Positions 37,279-46,119 of a stretch of DNA of 56,269 nucleotides are shown here, piece after piece. A model generated the notes under the pieces. The model had not been told where the DNA came from and ran no database searches. It worked only from the letters and a program-made list of their open reading frames with translations. This DNA is from Deltaproteobacteria bacterium (GTDB lineage Bacteria > SAR324 > NAC60-12): NCBI GenBank assembly GCA_002683655.1, contig NYTS01000098.1:1-56269 (forward strand). The letters run 5' to 3'. The position numbers and the translations under genes are program-made. The first letter of the stretch is position 1, and every line of letters starts with the position of its first letter.

Positions 37279-38016
37279 TCAGCCACTGGGTTGATCACTT
37301 TGGAATCGACCCAGGTAAGTTTTCGCTCGAGGAAATGCATAACCATTTCGTTTACTTGTTTGCAGGCCAAGAGAAATGAGGCTTTCTACCAACTTTACTG
37401 CAGAGGCGACCCCATCAATCACAGGAACTTGAAATTCTTCAGAGAGGTCTCTTGCTAAATCGACCATCCCAGCGCAGCCAAGCACAATTGCCTCACTTCG
37501 ATCTTCTAATAAAGCTAGGGCCACTTCGTCTCTGATTTTTTTTCTCCCTCCAGAATTAGCATCCTCCAAATCCAAAACGGGAACTTCTGAAGCTCTAACT
37601 TTTCGGCAATGTCGTTCCATACCATATTTCAAAACAAGACCTTCCAGTGCTGGCACAGAACGATTGAGTGTGGTGACGATGCTAAAGGAGTTTGACACCA
37701 TCGATGCAACATGGACTGCGGCTTCGCAGATACCCACAACTGGACCAGCTACCTGACAACGAGCTGCATCAAGACCAGTATCGTCAAAGCAGGCGATGAT
37801 CGTCCCTTGACAACCAACCGCAGCGCCCTTACGAATTTCTTCCAAAAGCCCAGGAATACTAAAAACTTCGTCGTAGTAGCCCTCGATGCTCACTGGTCCA
37901 TCCGAAGGATTGGTAGCTAGAATTTCTGTCCCTGAGCTAGCCACAGAACGAGCTGCAGACGCAGCTTTTTCTGTCATGGATGCTGTTGTGTTGGGATTGA
38001 CCAGCAAAAGTTTCAT
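37279..38016 (-). CDS. Asp/Glu/hydantoin racemase family protein, probable allantoin racemase
   Basis: It has MKLLLVNPNTT and two catalytic-Cys regions (IIACFDDTG, VLGCAGM). Its position directly upstream of puuE supports the call. Confidence 0.75.
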   Translation of the reverse strand: MKLLLVNPNTTASMTEKAASAARSVASSGTEILATNPSDGPVSIEGYYDEVFSIPGLLEEIRKGAAVGCQGTIIACFDDTGLDAARCQVAGPVVGICEAAVHVASMVSNSFSIVTTLNRSVPALEGLVLKYGMERHCRKVRASEVPVLDLEDANSGGRKKIRDEVALALLEDRSEAIVLGCAGMVDLARDLSEEFQVPVIDGVASAVKLVESLISLGLQTSKRNGYAFPRAKTYLGRFQSDQPSG

Positions 38017-38858
38017 CAGACCCCTTTTCCTGCATCAGAACCATGGCTTTCCTGACGTCTTCTTAGGTAAAACAACACTCCCATCGCAGTGAGAATCATG
38101 AAAAGAGAAAAGAAAGTCGTCAAGGTGCCAAGGGCGTAGAGAGTTGGGGTGGTCACATTCGTTGTCATCCCAAAGATTTCTAGAGGTAGGGTGTTCTTGA
38201 CTCCTGATGTCATCAGAGTTCGAGCAAATTCATCATAAGATAGAGTAAACCCGAAGAGGGCCACCCCAATCAAACTGGGTCCAATGATCGGTAAAACAAC
38301 ATGGCAGATTGTCTGCCAGTTGGAAGCTCCCAAATCCCTGGCTGCTTCCTCGTATGACTTATCGAATCTGTTGAAGACGGCGATCATGATCAAAAAACCA
38401 AATGGGAGTGTCCAAGTTAGATGTGCACCTAAACCGGAGGTAGTCCAGGACACCTCCCAATCCATGATATTAAAGATTAGACCAATTCCTAGGCTCACCA
38501 GAATAGAGGGTACAATCAGGCTCGCGACTGTGGTGTAGAATAGCAGATTTGAGCCAAAGAATTTCTTGCGGAAGGCCAGACCCGTAACCAGTGAAATGAC
38601 CACTGTCAATGCCATGACAATGAGGCCTAATTGAAGTGATCTCAAGAAGGAGGTCTCAAAGTCACCTACTAACTGCTCGCCGAATAAGGCAAAAAACCAG
38701 TGGATTGAAAATCCGTTCATCGGAAAGGTCAGCCCACCATTAGGCCCCTGAAAAGATAAGATGAGAATTGCCGAGATTGGTCCGTACAAGAATAGCACAA
38801 ATAATCCAAAGAAGGCGGTCAGCCAGTAGAAGCTTGCAGGACGTTTTTTATGCATCAA
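38016..38858 (-). CDS. ABC transporter permease (PotC-like)
   Basis: 280-aa polytopic protein with the EAA loop YEEAARDLGASNWQTICHVVLP. Its stop overlaps the racemase start by 1 nt. Confidence 0.85.
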   Translation of the reverse strand: MMHKKRPASFYWLTAFFGLFVLFLYGPISAILILSFQGPNGGLTFPMNGFSIHWFFALFGEQLVGDFETSFLRSLQLGLIVMALTVVISLVTGLAFRKKFFGSNLLFYTTVASLIVPSILVSLGIGLIFNIMDWEVSWTTSGLGAHLTWTLPFGFLIMIAVFNRFDKSYEEAARDLGASNWQTICHVVLPIIGPSLIGVALFGFTLSYDEFARTLMTSGVKNTLPLEIFGMTTNVTTPTLYALGTLTTFFSLFMILTAMGVLFYLRRRQESHGSDAGKGV

Positions 38859-39718
38859 AGTTCCTTCTTCAAATCAACAACCCGCACAATCAGGCTAACC
38901 ATAATTAGAACGACTGCCAATAAAACAACGGCATGAGCCGCTGCAGCAGGGTACAATAGAAGTGATATCTCATTCCACATCATCACCCCAACAGAAGCTC
39001 GTTGTCCTCCCCCCATTAATCGAACTGTAATGTAGTCCCCCATGACCAAGGTGACTACAAAGATAGAACCGATAGCAATACCTGGTTTACAAAGGGGAAT
39101 TACAACATTGGTGAGCATCTGCCAGCCATGCGCACCACCATCGATGGCAGCTTCGATCAAGGAACGATCGATGCGCATCATACTGTTGAAGATTGGCACC
39201 ACCATAAATAAGGCGTAAAGATGAACAAACGCCAAAACGATGGAAAAGTCAGAAAAAAGCAGGAATTCCAAAGGCTCATCAATCAAACCAATGGATTGAA
39301 GCATTGTATTGAAAACCCCATTACGCCCCAAAAAAGGAATCCAGGAAATCATGCGAATGATGTTTGAAGTCCAAAATGGGATCGTGCAAATTAGGAATAA
39401 AACAATTTGCCAGCGTGTAGTATGGATATGGAAAGCAAGAAAATAAGCTACTGTGAAACCAATGAGGAATGTGAAGAGCCAGGTCAGGCCGGCATACCAA
39501 AAGGTATTTAGGTAGGTTTTGTAGGTAACATTCGACCCAAGGGCATCTGAGTAGTTCGTCCAAACAAAATCAGGAAAAAAAGAGAAATCGTTGTAGTCCC
39601 AAAAACTTACAATCAGGATTGTCCCTATCGGCAAGACCAGAAAAAATCCCAGTATTAAGCTTATCGGTGAAATCTGAAGCAGAGTTGAGAGAGGAGATTT
39701 GTGATCCACGATATCCAA
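38855..39718 (-). CDS. ABC transporter permease (PotB-like)
   Basis: 287-aa polytopic protein with the EAA loop IEAAIDGGAHGWQMLTNVVIP. The start is TTG and it overlaps the next permease gene by 4 nt. Confidence 0.85.
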   Translation of the reverse strand: MDIVDHKSPLSTLLQISPISLILGFFLVLPIGTILIVSFWDYNDFSFFPDFVWTNYSDALGSNVTYKTYLNTFWYAGLTWLFTFLIGFTVAYFLAFHIHTTRWQIVLFLICTIPFWTSNIIRMISWIPFLGRNGVFNTMLQSIGLIDEPLEFLLFSDFSIVLAFVHLYALFMVVPIFNSMMRIDRSLIEAAIDGGAHGWQMLTNVVIPLCKPGIAIGSIFVVTLVMGDYITVRLMGGGQRASVGVMMWNEISLLLYPAAAAHAVVLLAVVLIMVSLIVRVVDLKKEL

Positions 39719-39725
39719 AACATAT

Positions 39726-39746
39726 GGGGCCGAGGCCCCCTTTTTT
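39726..39746. terminator. GC-rich stem-loop (GGGGC-CGAG-GCCCC) flanked by A- and T-tracts, between the SBP and permease genes
   Basis: Seen directly. The stem is at 39726-39739 and T6 at 39741-39746 on the + strand. On the coding (-) strand it reads A6-stem-AUAUGUUUU. It may be an intra-operon attenuator or mRNA-stabilising hairpin. Confidence 0.4.
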
Positions 39747-39751
39747 ATTGA

Positions 39752-41047
39752 TTAAGCAGCGATGAACTCATTCCACTTGCGCACCATATAACGGTTCTCA
39801 TCCATCACCGAGTTCCAACATTTGACGTTACCCATTCGCTCAAGGAACGAGCCACCGTCTCTAACAGCACCAGCCGGTTCCATTTTGTTTCCAAACGGAT
39901 CAATTATGTCGTTTTTAGCAGCCTTACCTTCGTACCAAAAACCCCATTCGTCATCTGACATATGTAGCTTTGATGTCTCAGGTGCAGCTGAGTAGTATCC
40001 TTGGCGCATTAGCAAACCACCAACCCAACCAGAGAGATACCAATTGATGTATTCATAAGCCGCGTCTAACTCCAAGCCAGAGAGATTTCTTGCCAAACCA
40101 AGACCACCTCCCCAAGAGCGATAGCCTTCTTTCAATGGTTGGTAGATGCATGGAAGTCCCATTGAGCGGACTTTGGTGATCGCAGGTGACCACATGGATT
40201 GAATGACAACTTCGCCAGAGGCCATCAGGTTGACTGACTCGTCAAAGGTCTTCCAAAACGCCCTAAATTGTCCAGCTTTCTTAGCCTCGGTAAAGATCGC
40301 CATGGTCTTGTCGATCTCTTCCCTTGTCATATTCCCTTTGTCACCGTACTGAACCTCGCCCATTGCTTCACAAACCATGGCAGCATCCATGATTCCAATT
40401 GAAGAAATGTTAAGAATTGAGGCCTTACCTTTGAACTCTGGGTTTAGCAACTCAGTCCAACTGTTAATGGGACGACCAATGAGATCCGGGCGAATGCCCA
40501 AGGTATCTGCATTATAGATGGTCGGAACCATTGTGTACCAGTTGGTCATTGACTTTGAAAAACTCTTTGAATTTGGACCATCAGTGAAACTAACGGTGTG
40601 AGGGGCTGTCCCTTGAGCAATTGTAGACGATGGTGTCAATTTACCATCCTTGAAAGTTCCAGCAATTTTGTCGAAATACTTCAGCTTGCTAATATCCATT
40701 GGCTGCATATTCCCACTGGGCCACACTTTCTTTAATGTAAAGTACTCAATATCAGCTATATCAAAGCTCTTTGGTTGGGTAACTACACGTTGAGCAGTAG
40801 CATCAGTATCAAGTGCGGTAAGCTCCAAATTGATACCAAGATCTTCTTTTGCCTTCTTAGCAACTGCATTAATATTGGAAACTCCAGTTCCAAATTGACG
40901 TAGGGTTACATTCTTGATGTTCTGAGCCCAGATAGTCGGGAAACCCGTAATTGCCTGAGATCCAACGGCAGCACCTAGTGCGACCGCACTTCCACGTTTG
41001 AGAAGATCACGTCGTGAAAGAGAGGTAGGGGTGGTGGGATTCTTCAT
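39752..41047 (-). CDS. ABC substrate-binding protein (PotD/PotF-like family 1) with Tat-type leader
   Basis: The leader LSRRDLLKRGSAVALGAAVG is twin-arginine-like. At 431 aa it has the size and composition of periplasmic SBPs. Confidence 0.8.
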   Translation of the reverse strand: MKNPTTPTSLSRRDLLKRGSAVALGAAVGSQAITGFPTIWAQNIKNVTLRQFGTGVSNINAVAKKAKEDLGINLELTALDTDATAQRVVTQPKSFDIADIEYFTLKKVWPSGNMQPMDISKLKYFDKIAGTFKDGKLTPSSTIAQGTAPHTVSFTDGPNSKSFSKSMTNWYTMVPTIYNADTLGIRPDLIGRPINSWTELLNPEFKGKASILNISSIGIMDAAMVCEAMGEVQYGDKGNMTREEIDKTMAIFTEAKKAGQFRAFWKTFDESVNLMASGEVVIQSMWSPAITKVRSMGLPCIYQPLKEGYRSWGGGLGLARNLSGLELDAAYEYINWYLSGWVGGLLMRQGYYSAAPETSKLHMSDDEWGFWYEGKAAKNDIIDPFGNKMEPAGAVRDGGSFLERMGNVKCWNSVMDENRYMVRKWNEFIAA

Positions 41048-41074
41048 AGTATCTCTCCAGAGGAAAGGGATAGT

Positions 41075-42187
41075 TTAATTAAGCAGACACAAATCCTGCG
41101 GTTTCCAGCTTGCGGCAAGCTGTTTACCGTAGGAAACATCCAACTGCCCAAGCAGTTGTTCAGGTAGTGTGATTTCCAGTTCCTGCTCCCCGTCGAGTTG
41201 GAGTGTCACACTTAAGCTGGTTCCCATGTACTCAACTGCCGTAACAGTACCACGCACCTCATTTGGAGGCGGGGTTTGCTTCGATGGCTGATCCAGCTGG
41301 ATACAGTCCTGACGAAGAGAAAATGTTACTGGACCTGACGGGGGGTCCGGTGCAGTCCAAGGAACCAGATAGCTAAAGCCCTCTTGGCTGCTCAAGAGAG
41401 CTTCTGATTCTGAATATTTTTTTTCAAATTTTGCTTTAATTAAATTGTGTCCTCCCACAAATTTAGCGACAAATTCACTCTTTGGCTGATTGAAAACCTC
41501 TCTAGGTGTTCCAGCTTGCTCTATGTTCCCTTGATTCATCACAACGACCTGATCAGCGAGAGCAAGTGCCTCAACCTGGCTATGAGTCACGTGAATAAAG
41601 GAAATCCCTAATTCCACCTGTAAGCGCTTTAGTTCTGCTCGCATCTTCACTCTTAAAAAAGGATCCAATGCAGAAAGAGGCTCATCTAACAAAAGCACAG
41701 AGGGGTGCGTCACCAAGGCCCTAGCCAAAGCAATACGCTGCTGTTGTCCTCCAGAGAGTTGGGCTGGGATTCTCTCTGCAAAAGAAGACATGTGGACCAA
41801 TTCCAGATATTCATCAGCAACTTTTTGCCGCTCAAATTTTTCGGCTCCGCGCATTTTCAAACTAAATGCGACATTATCTCGGCAATTTAGGTGAGGGAAG
41901 AGCGCATAATTTTGGAACATCATCGCAGTCTCTCTCTTAGCCGGAGGTACTTCGTTGATCTCCTTGTTGCCCAATAGAATTGAACCCTCACTGACATCTT
42001 CATGACCAGCAATCATTCTCAGAGTAGATGTTTTTCCACACCCACTTGGTCCAACCAAACAACAATAACTTCCGGCTGGAATCTTTAGGCTAATTCCATT
42101 GACAGCTGTGGTTTGGCCATATTTTTTGTAGATTTGAACCATTTCCACATCTCGTGCTTCTCTCGTCAGTGATTTTTTTTCAGACAA
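41075..42187 (-). CDS. ABC transporter ATP-binding protein (PotA-like, with C-terminal TOBE-type extension)
   Basis: It has Walker A GPSGCGKTS, signature LSGGQQQR and Walker B LLLDEPLSALD. The start is TTG, preceded by a GGGGAGAA RBS. Confidence 0.9.
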   Translation of the reverse strand: MSEKKSLTREARDVEMVQIYKKYGQTTAVNGISLKIPAGSYCCLVGPSGCGKTSTLRMIAGHEDVSEGSILLGNKEINEVPPAKRETAMMFQNYALFPHLNCRDNVAFSLKMRGAEKFERQKVADEYLELVHMSSFAERIPAQLSGGQQQRIALARALVTHPSVLLLDEPLSALDPFLRVKMRAELKRLQVELGISFIHVTHSQVEALALADQVVVMNQGNIEQAGTPREVFNQPKSEFVAKFVGGHNLIKAKFEKKYSESEALLSSQEGFSYLVPWTAPDPPSGPVTFSLRQDCIQLDQPSKQTPPPNEVRGTVTAVEYMGTSLSVTLQLDGEQELEITLPEQLLGQLDVSYGKQLAASWKPQDLCLLN

Positions 42188-42216
42188 ACGTTTCTCCCCA
42201 ATTAATGAAAGTTTAG

Positions 42217-44610
42217 CTAGGCTACTTTTTCAGCCATATTCGTGTGAGATTGCCCTGGCTTAGAAATCAAAGGAATTTCTGAATTAGTTAGACCCCATGC
42301 TGCCTCAGGATCTTCCAACCAAGTCATGCATCTCAGGACCTCTTCGGAGGTCGCTGGAATAGCCAAGGGAACTATTTTGCCAGGCGAAATATGCCCAAGT
42401 GCCTGTTTGACCGCTGCAAATGCGGCAAGTGCAAGCATCAAGGGGGGCTCCCCAACAGCTTTGCTTTTTCGAATGCTTCCATTCGGTGCTGGATTCTCGT
42501 AGAGTTCGATCCTGAGATCTTTCGGGAGATCTCCAAAATTAGGAATTTTATATGAAGTTGGTGAGCACGATAGCAATTTCCCATCTTCCTGGTAGCGGAG
42601 TTCTTCCATACTCACCCAACCTAAACCTTGCACAAACCCCCCTACTATCTGTCCTCTGTCGATACCTGGGTTGATTGAATGACCGATATCTAACAACAAA
42701 TCGGCTCTTTCTAACTTCCATTGGCCTGTGAAGCGATCGATCTCTACTTCAGCAACGCACGCCCCTGTAGTGTAGTAGTGGAATGGGCTACCTTTTCCTG
42801 TGAATTGATTGAATCCAACGCCCGGAGTCCTGTAAAATCCTCTCTCACCGAGATTCACGCGGTTTCTGTAGGCTTGCAGTGCAAGTTCACCAAAAGTTAC
42901 CTGTTTCTCAGGGCACCTTCGATCCCAAACTTTGCCTTCGGAGAATTCAATAGCCTCTGGAGATTTAGAAAGTCCAACTTGGGTATCTGCGAAAAGTTCA
43001 GCGGCAAACTCAGCAAGTCGAGCTCTTATGGCTTGGCAAGCATTGGCTGCTGCCATTCCATTGAGATCTGTACCAGCAGAGGCAGCTGTAGGAGAAGTAT
43101 TATGATTCTTCTCCGTCGAGGTCGTCATGTACTTGACTTGCTCTGAGGGCACTCCCAATTCCTCTGCTACGATCTGACGGATTTTAACCGTTAGACCCTG
43201 TCCCATCTCGGTTCCACCAGTTGAAACCTGTATACTGCCATCCTTTAGGATATTGATGAGTGCGTTCGCCTGATTGAGAAAAGTAGCTGTAAAGGATATC
43301 CCAAACTTCATGGGCGTTAGCGAAATTCCCCGAAGATGCGTCAGAGATGTCTCGTTAAACTGCCCGATCTTTTCGAGTCTTGTCTTATAATCAGAGCTTT
43401 CATGGATTTGATTAAGAATTTGAGGCAACCGACTCTCGACCCTCTGACCGTAGGGGGTAGAATCTCTTGGAGAATTTCCATAGCAGTTTTGACTACGAAT
43501 CTCATAAGGATCGCGTCTTAATTTTGCTGCGATATCTTCCATCAAGTTTTCAATCACAGCCATTCCTTGCGGACCTCCAAATCCTCGAAAAGCTGTATTT
43601 GGTGGCAGGTGAGTTTTACAGACTTGCCCCCTAAGGGTTATATTCTTTATGAAATAAGCGTTGTCAACATGCAACAGAGCTCTCTCCATAATGGCTAATG
43701 ATAGATCCGTGTAAGCTCCTCCATTGGAATGCAACTCTACTTTCAGGCCCAAAAGATTGCCTTCCTTATCAACTGCAGCCTGATATTCACTTCGGAACGG
43801 ATGTCGTTTCCCAGTGACGTGCATGTCCGTGTCTTTGTCGTAAGCAATGCGTGCTGATCTTCCAGTTTTCTTCGTTACCAGAGCAGCCATCAATGCTGGC
43901 AGGGCCGCTTGTGTCTCTTTTCCTCCAAAGGCCCCTCCCATTCTACGACAGCTACAGACAACTTCATTGAAACCAATTCCCAACATGTGAGCCACAACTT
44001 CCTGAAGCTCTGTTGGATTTTGTGTCGATGCCTGAATCAAGATCTCATTGCCTTCGCCAGGATGTGTTATGACCGCTTGGGACTCCAGATAGAATTGCTC
44101 CTGGCCGTTACTATAAAAGACTCCCTCAATTTGATGGTCAGCTTTCCGCCAAGCTCCTTCAAAATCCCCACGCTTGATCTCTCGGGGAGTACCCAAAAAA
44201 GAGTTTTGTTTAAGCGCCTGCGAAATCGTCAACCATGGAGTTTCTTCCTCAACTTCTATCTGAACCTGCGGGCGTGCTTTCCTGAGCGCACTAGCATTTT
44301 CAGCTGCTAAGACCACAATTGGCTGTCCAACATACTCACAGACATCTTTCACCAAGAACGGTTCATCAGCAATCACAGGCCCGAACAAGTTCACTCCCGG
44401 TATATCTTGCCAAGTGAAGGCCGCCACAAAGCCAGGAATTCGATAAAGGCTGCTCAAATCTATTCGCTTTAGCACCCCATGAGCAACTGGACTTCCAACA
44501 AAGCCCACTACCAACTCGCCAGCATTTGTGACGGTGTCATCTGTGTAGAGTGCCGCCCCCGTGACTTGTATTTCAGCAGAGTCATGGGCAAGACTTTTAC
44601 CCGTTTCCAT
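42217..44610 (-). CDS. xdhB: Xanthine dehydrogenase, molybdopterin-binding large subunit
   Basis: Uninterrupted 797 aa. The N-terminus HDSAEIQVTGAALYTDD, GGAFGGKE, the FRGFGGPQG region and the C-terminal GEPP are typical of XdhB. Confidence 0.9.
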   Translation of the reverse strand: METGKSLAHDSAEIQVTGAALYTDDTVTNAGELVVGFVGSPVAHGVLKRIDLSSLYRIPGFVAAFTWQDIPGVNLFGPVIADEPFLVKDVCEYVGQPIVVLAAENASALRKARPQVQIEVEEETPWLTISQALKQNSFLGTPREIKRGDFEGAWRKADHQIEGVFYSNGQEQFYLESQAVITHPGEGNEILIQASTQNPTELQEVVAHMLGIGFNEVVCSCRRMGGAFGGKETQAALPALMAALVTKKTGRSARIAYDKDTDMHVTGKRHPFRSEYQAAVDKEGNLLGLKVELHSNGGAYTDLSLAIMERALLHVDNAYFIKNITLRGQVCKTHLPPNTAFRGFGGPQGMAVIENLMEDIAAKLRRDPYEIRSQNCYGNSPRDSTPYGQRVESRLPQILNQIHESSDYKTRLEKIGQFNETSLTHLRGISLTPMKFGISFTATFLNQANALINILKDGSIQVSTGGTEMGQGLTVKIRQIVAEELGVPSEQVKYMTTSTEKNHNTSPTAASAGTDLNGMAAANACQAIRARLAEFAAELFADTQVGLSKSPEAIEFSEGKVWDRRCPEKQVTFGELALQAYRNRVNLGERGFYRTPGVGFNQFTGKGSPFHYYTTGACVAEVEIDRFTGQWKLERADLLLDIGHSINPGIDRGQIVGGFVQGLGWVSMEELRYQEDGKLLSCSPTSYKIPNFGDLPKDLRIELYENPAPNGSIRKSKAVGEPPLMLALAAFAAVKQALGHISPGKIVPLAIPATSEEVLRCMTWLEDPEAAWGLTNSEIPLISKPGQSHTNMAEKVA

Positions 44611-44639
44611 GCATTTTCATGTATTCTTAAAGTGTTTCC

Positions 44640-46097
44640 TTATGCCAACACCGAAATTTCTTCATAAAAGAATTTTTTGAGGATCGTCTCTGCCAATCGA
44701 TTTCGGTAGTGATTTGATGACCGTACATCTGAAATTGGACTGATTTCAGCCGCAGCTATTTTACCAGCTTGTTCAATCAAGTCCTTCGTACATGGTTTAC
44801 TTAAGAGGACTTTTTCCGTTTTGTGAAGACGAATGACGGTTGGCCCCACACCCCCATACGCCAATCTAATTTGTTGGAATCGACCCTCGACTATTTGCCA
44901 TTGAATGGCCGCTGTGAATGTGGAGATATCCAAATCTCTCCTCTTGGATACCTTAAATAAGCGCTGTGACAAACTCTGATGAGATTTTGGAATTCTAATC
45001 GCTCCAATCAACTCAAATTTTCGAAGATCCAGTAGTTTGTAGCCTTTATAAAACTTTTCGATGGGAATCCAACGCCATTTCTCACCATCACACGTTCCAA
45101 TTTCCGCCTCACTCACGTATAGCCAAGGTAAGCTGTCAGCTACCGGTGAGGCATTGGCTAGATTACCTGCAATAGTCCCACGATTCCGGATTTGAGGGGA
45201 AGCGAAGAGATCCAACATATCTTTCACAATAGGCCAATTTAGTTGAGCCCACTCTTCCAATTCTCTCCAACTGACATTTCCACCAAAAATCAGGTCATTC
45301 CCTTCCTCTCGGATCCCACACAATTCAGAAATTTCGCTTGTCGCAATCAATTCTTTGGGATCGATTCTCTCTTTATTGATCTGGACACATAGGTCAGTTC
45401 CCCCAGCCAGCCATCGGGCTTCTCGGTGCTTGCGTTTAATTTCTATGGCGTCCTTTAGCGTTCTTGGCCTCCAACACTTTCTTGGTATTTCCTGCTCTAG
45501 TGATGGATCAACTTCTTGCAATGCAAAAGGAATCTTTGTCTCTACTTTGAGTTGTTTTACGATTGCGCCAGGAGGATATTGGTCAGCAAGTTTCCAAGAA
45601 TTAATTTTTTTAGAGGCTTCCGCAGAATCAATGATCGCTTCATAGCCCGTGCACCTACAGAGATTACCGATCAATGCTTCTTTCGCAGTTAATTTTTTCC
45701 TCGTGGATTCTGAATCTACCAGAGCATTTGCGGCAAGTGCCATCACGATTCCAGGAGTGCAAAAGCCACATTGTGAACCAAACCCATCTCGCATTGCCTG
45801 CTGAACTGGATGCAGCCGATCTCCCCAGGCTAAACCTTCGATTGTGATAACGTGAAGTCCATCCAATTGGTGGACGTTCAAAATACAGCTATTGACAGCT
45901 TCGTATTTAATTTTTTCTGAACTCGGATACCCCAACAAGACCGTACAAGCTCCACAGTCCCCTTCTGCACAAACGACCTTTGTTCCGGTTAATTGTCTTT
46001 CTTTTCGGAGCCAAGCTGACAGAGTCTGCAAGACTGCCAAGCCTTTCGCCCAAATTGGTTGACCGTTACAAAAGAAAAATATGTAATCGCGTTTCAT
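44640..46097 (-). CDS. xdhA: Xanthine dehydrogenase small subunit ([2Fe-2S] + FAD-binding domains)
   Basis: It has the ferredoxin-type CAEGDCGACTV and the second cluster GSQCGFCTPG, followed by an FAD-binding (CO dehydrogenase flavoprotein-like) domain. ATG 46097 (MKRDYIFFFCNG) is preferred over the upstream start, which would overlap puuD. Confidence 0.9.
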   Translation of the reverse strand: MKRDYIFFFCNGQPIWAKGLAVLQTLSAWLRKERQLTGTKVVCAEGDCGACTVLLGYPSSEKIKYEAVNSCILNVHQLDGLHVITIEGLAWGDRLHPVQQAMRDGFGSQCGFCTPGIVMALAANALVDSESTRKKLTAKEALIGNLCRCTGYEAIIDSAEASKKINSWKLADQYPPGAIVKQLKVETKIPFALQEVDPSLEQEIPRKCWRPRTLKDAIEIKRKHREARWLAGGTDLCVQINKERIDPKELIATSEISELCGIREEGNDLIFGGNVSWRELEEWAQLNWPIVKDMLDLFASPQIRNRGTIAGNLANASPVADSLPWLYVSEAEIGTCDGEKWRWIPIEKFYKGYKLLDLRKFELIGAIRIPKSHQSLSQRLFKVSKRRDLDISTFTAAIQWQIVEGRFQQIRLAYGGVGPTVIRLHKTEKVLLSKPCTKDLIEQAGKIAAAEISPISDVRSSNHYRNRLAETILKKFFYEEISVLA

Positions 46098-46119
46098 TTC
46101 AAATATTTGAGTTTTAAAC

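Noticed and set aside
42721-43146. Numerous 60-150-aa ORFs antisense to or nested within the large genes, for example 1300..1548, 2641..2976, 7419..7871, 9857..10273, 13560..13961, 19651..20016, 42721..43146 and 51082..51498
   Set aside because: Each lies entirely within a longer ORF that has clear family motifs on the other strand or in another frame. They have odd composition and no start context. They are treated as shadow ORFs.
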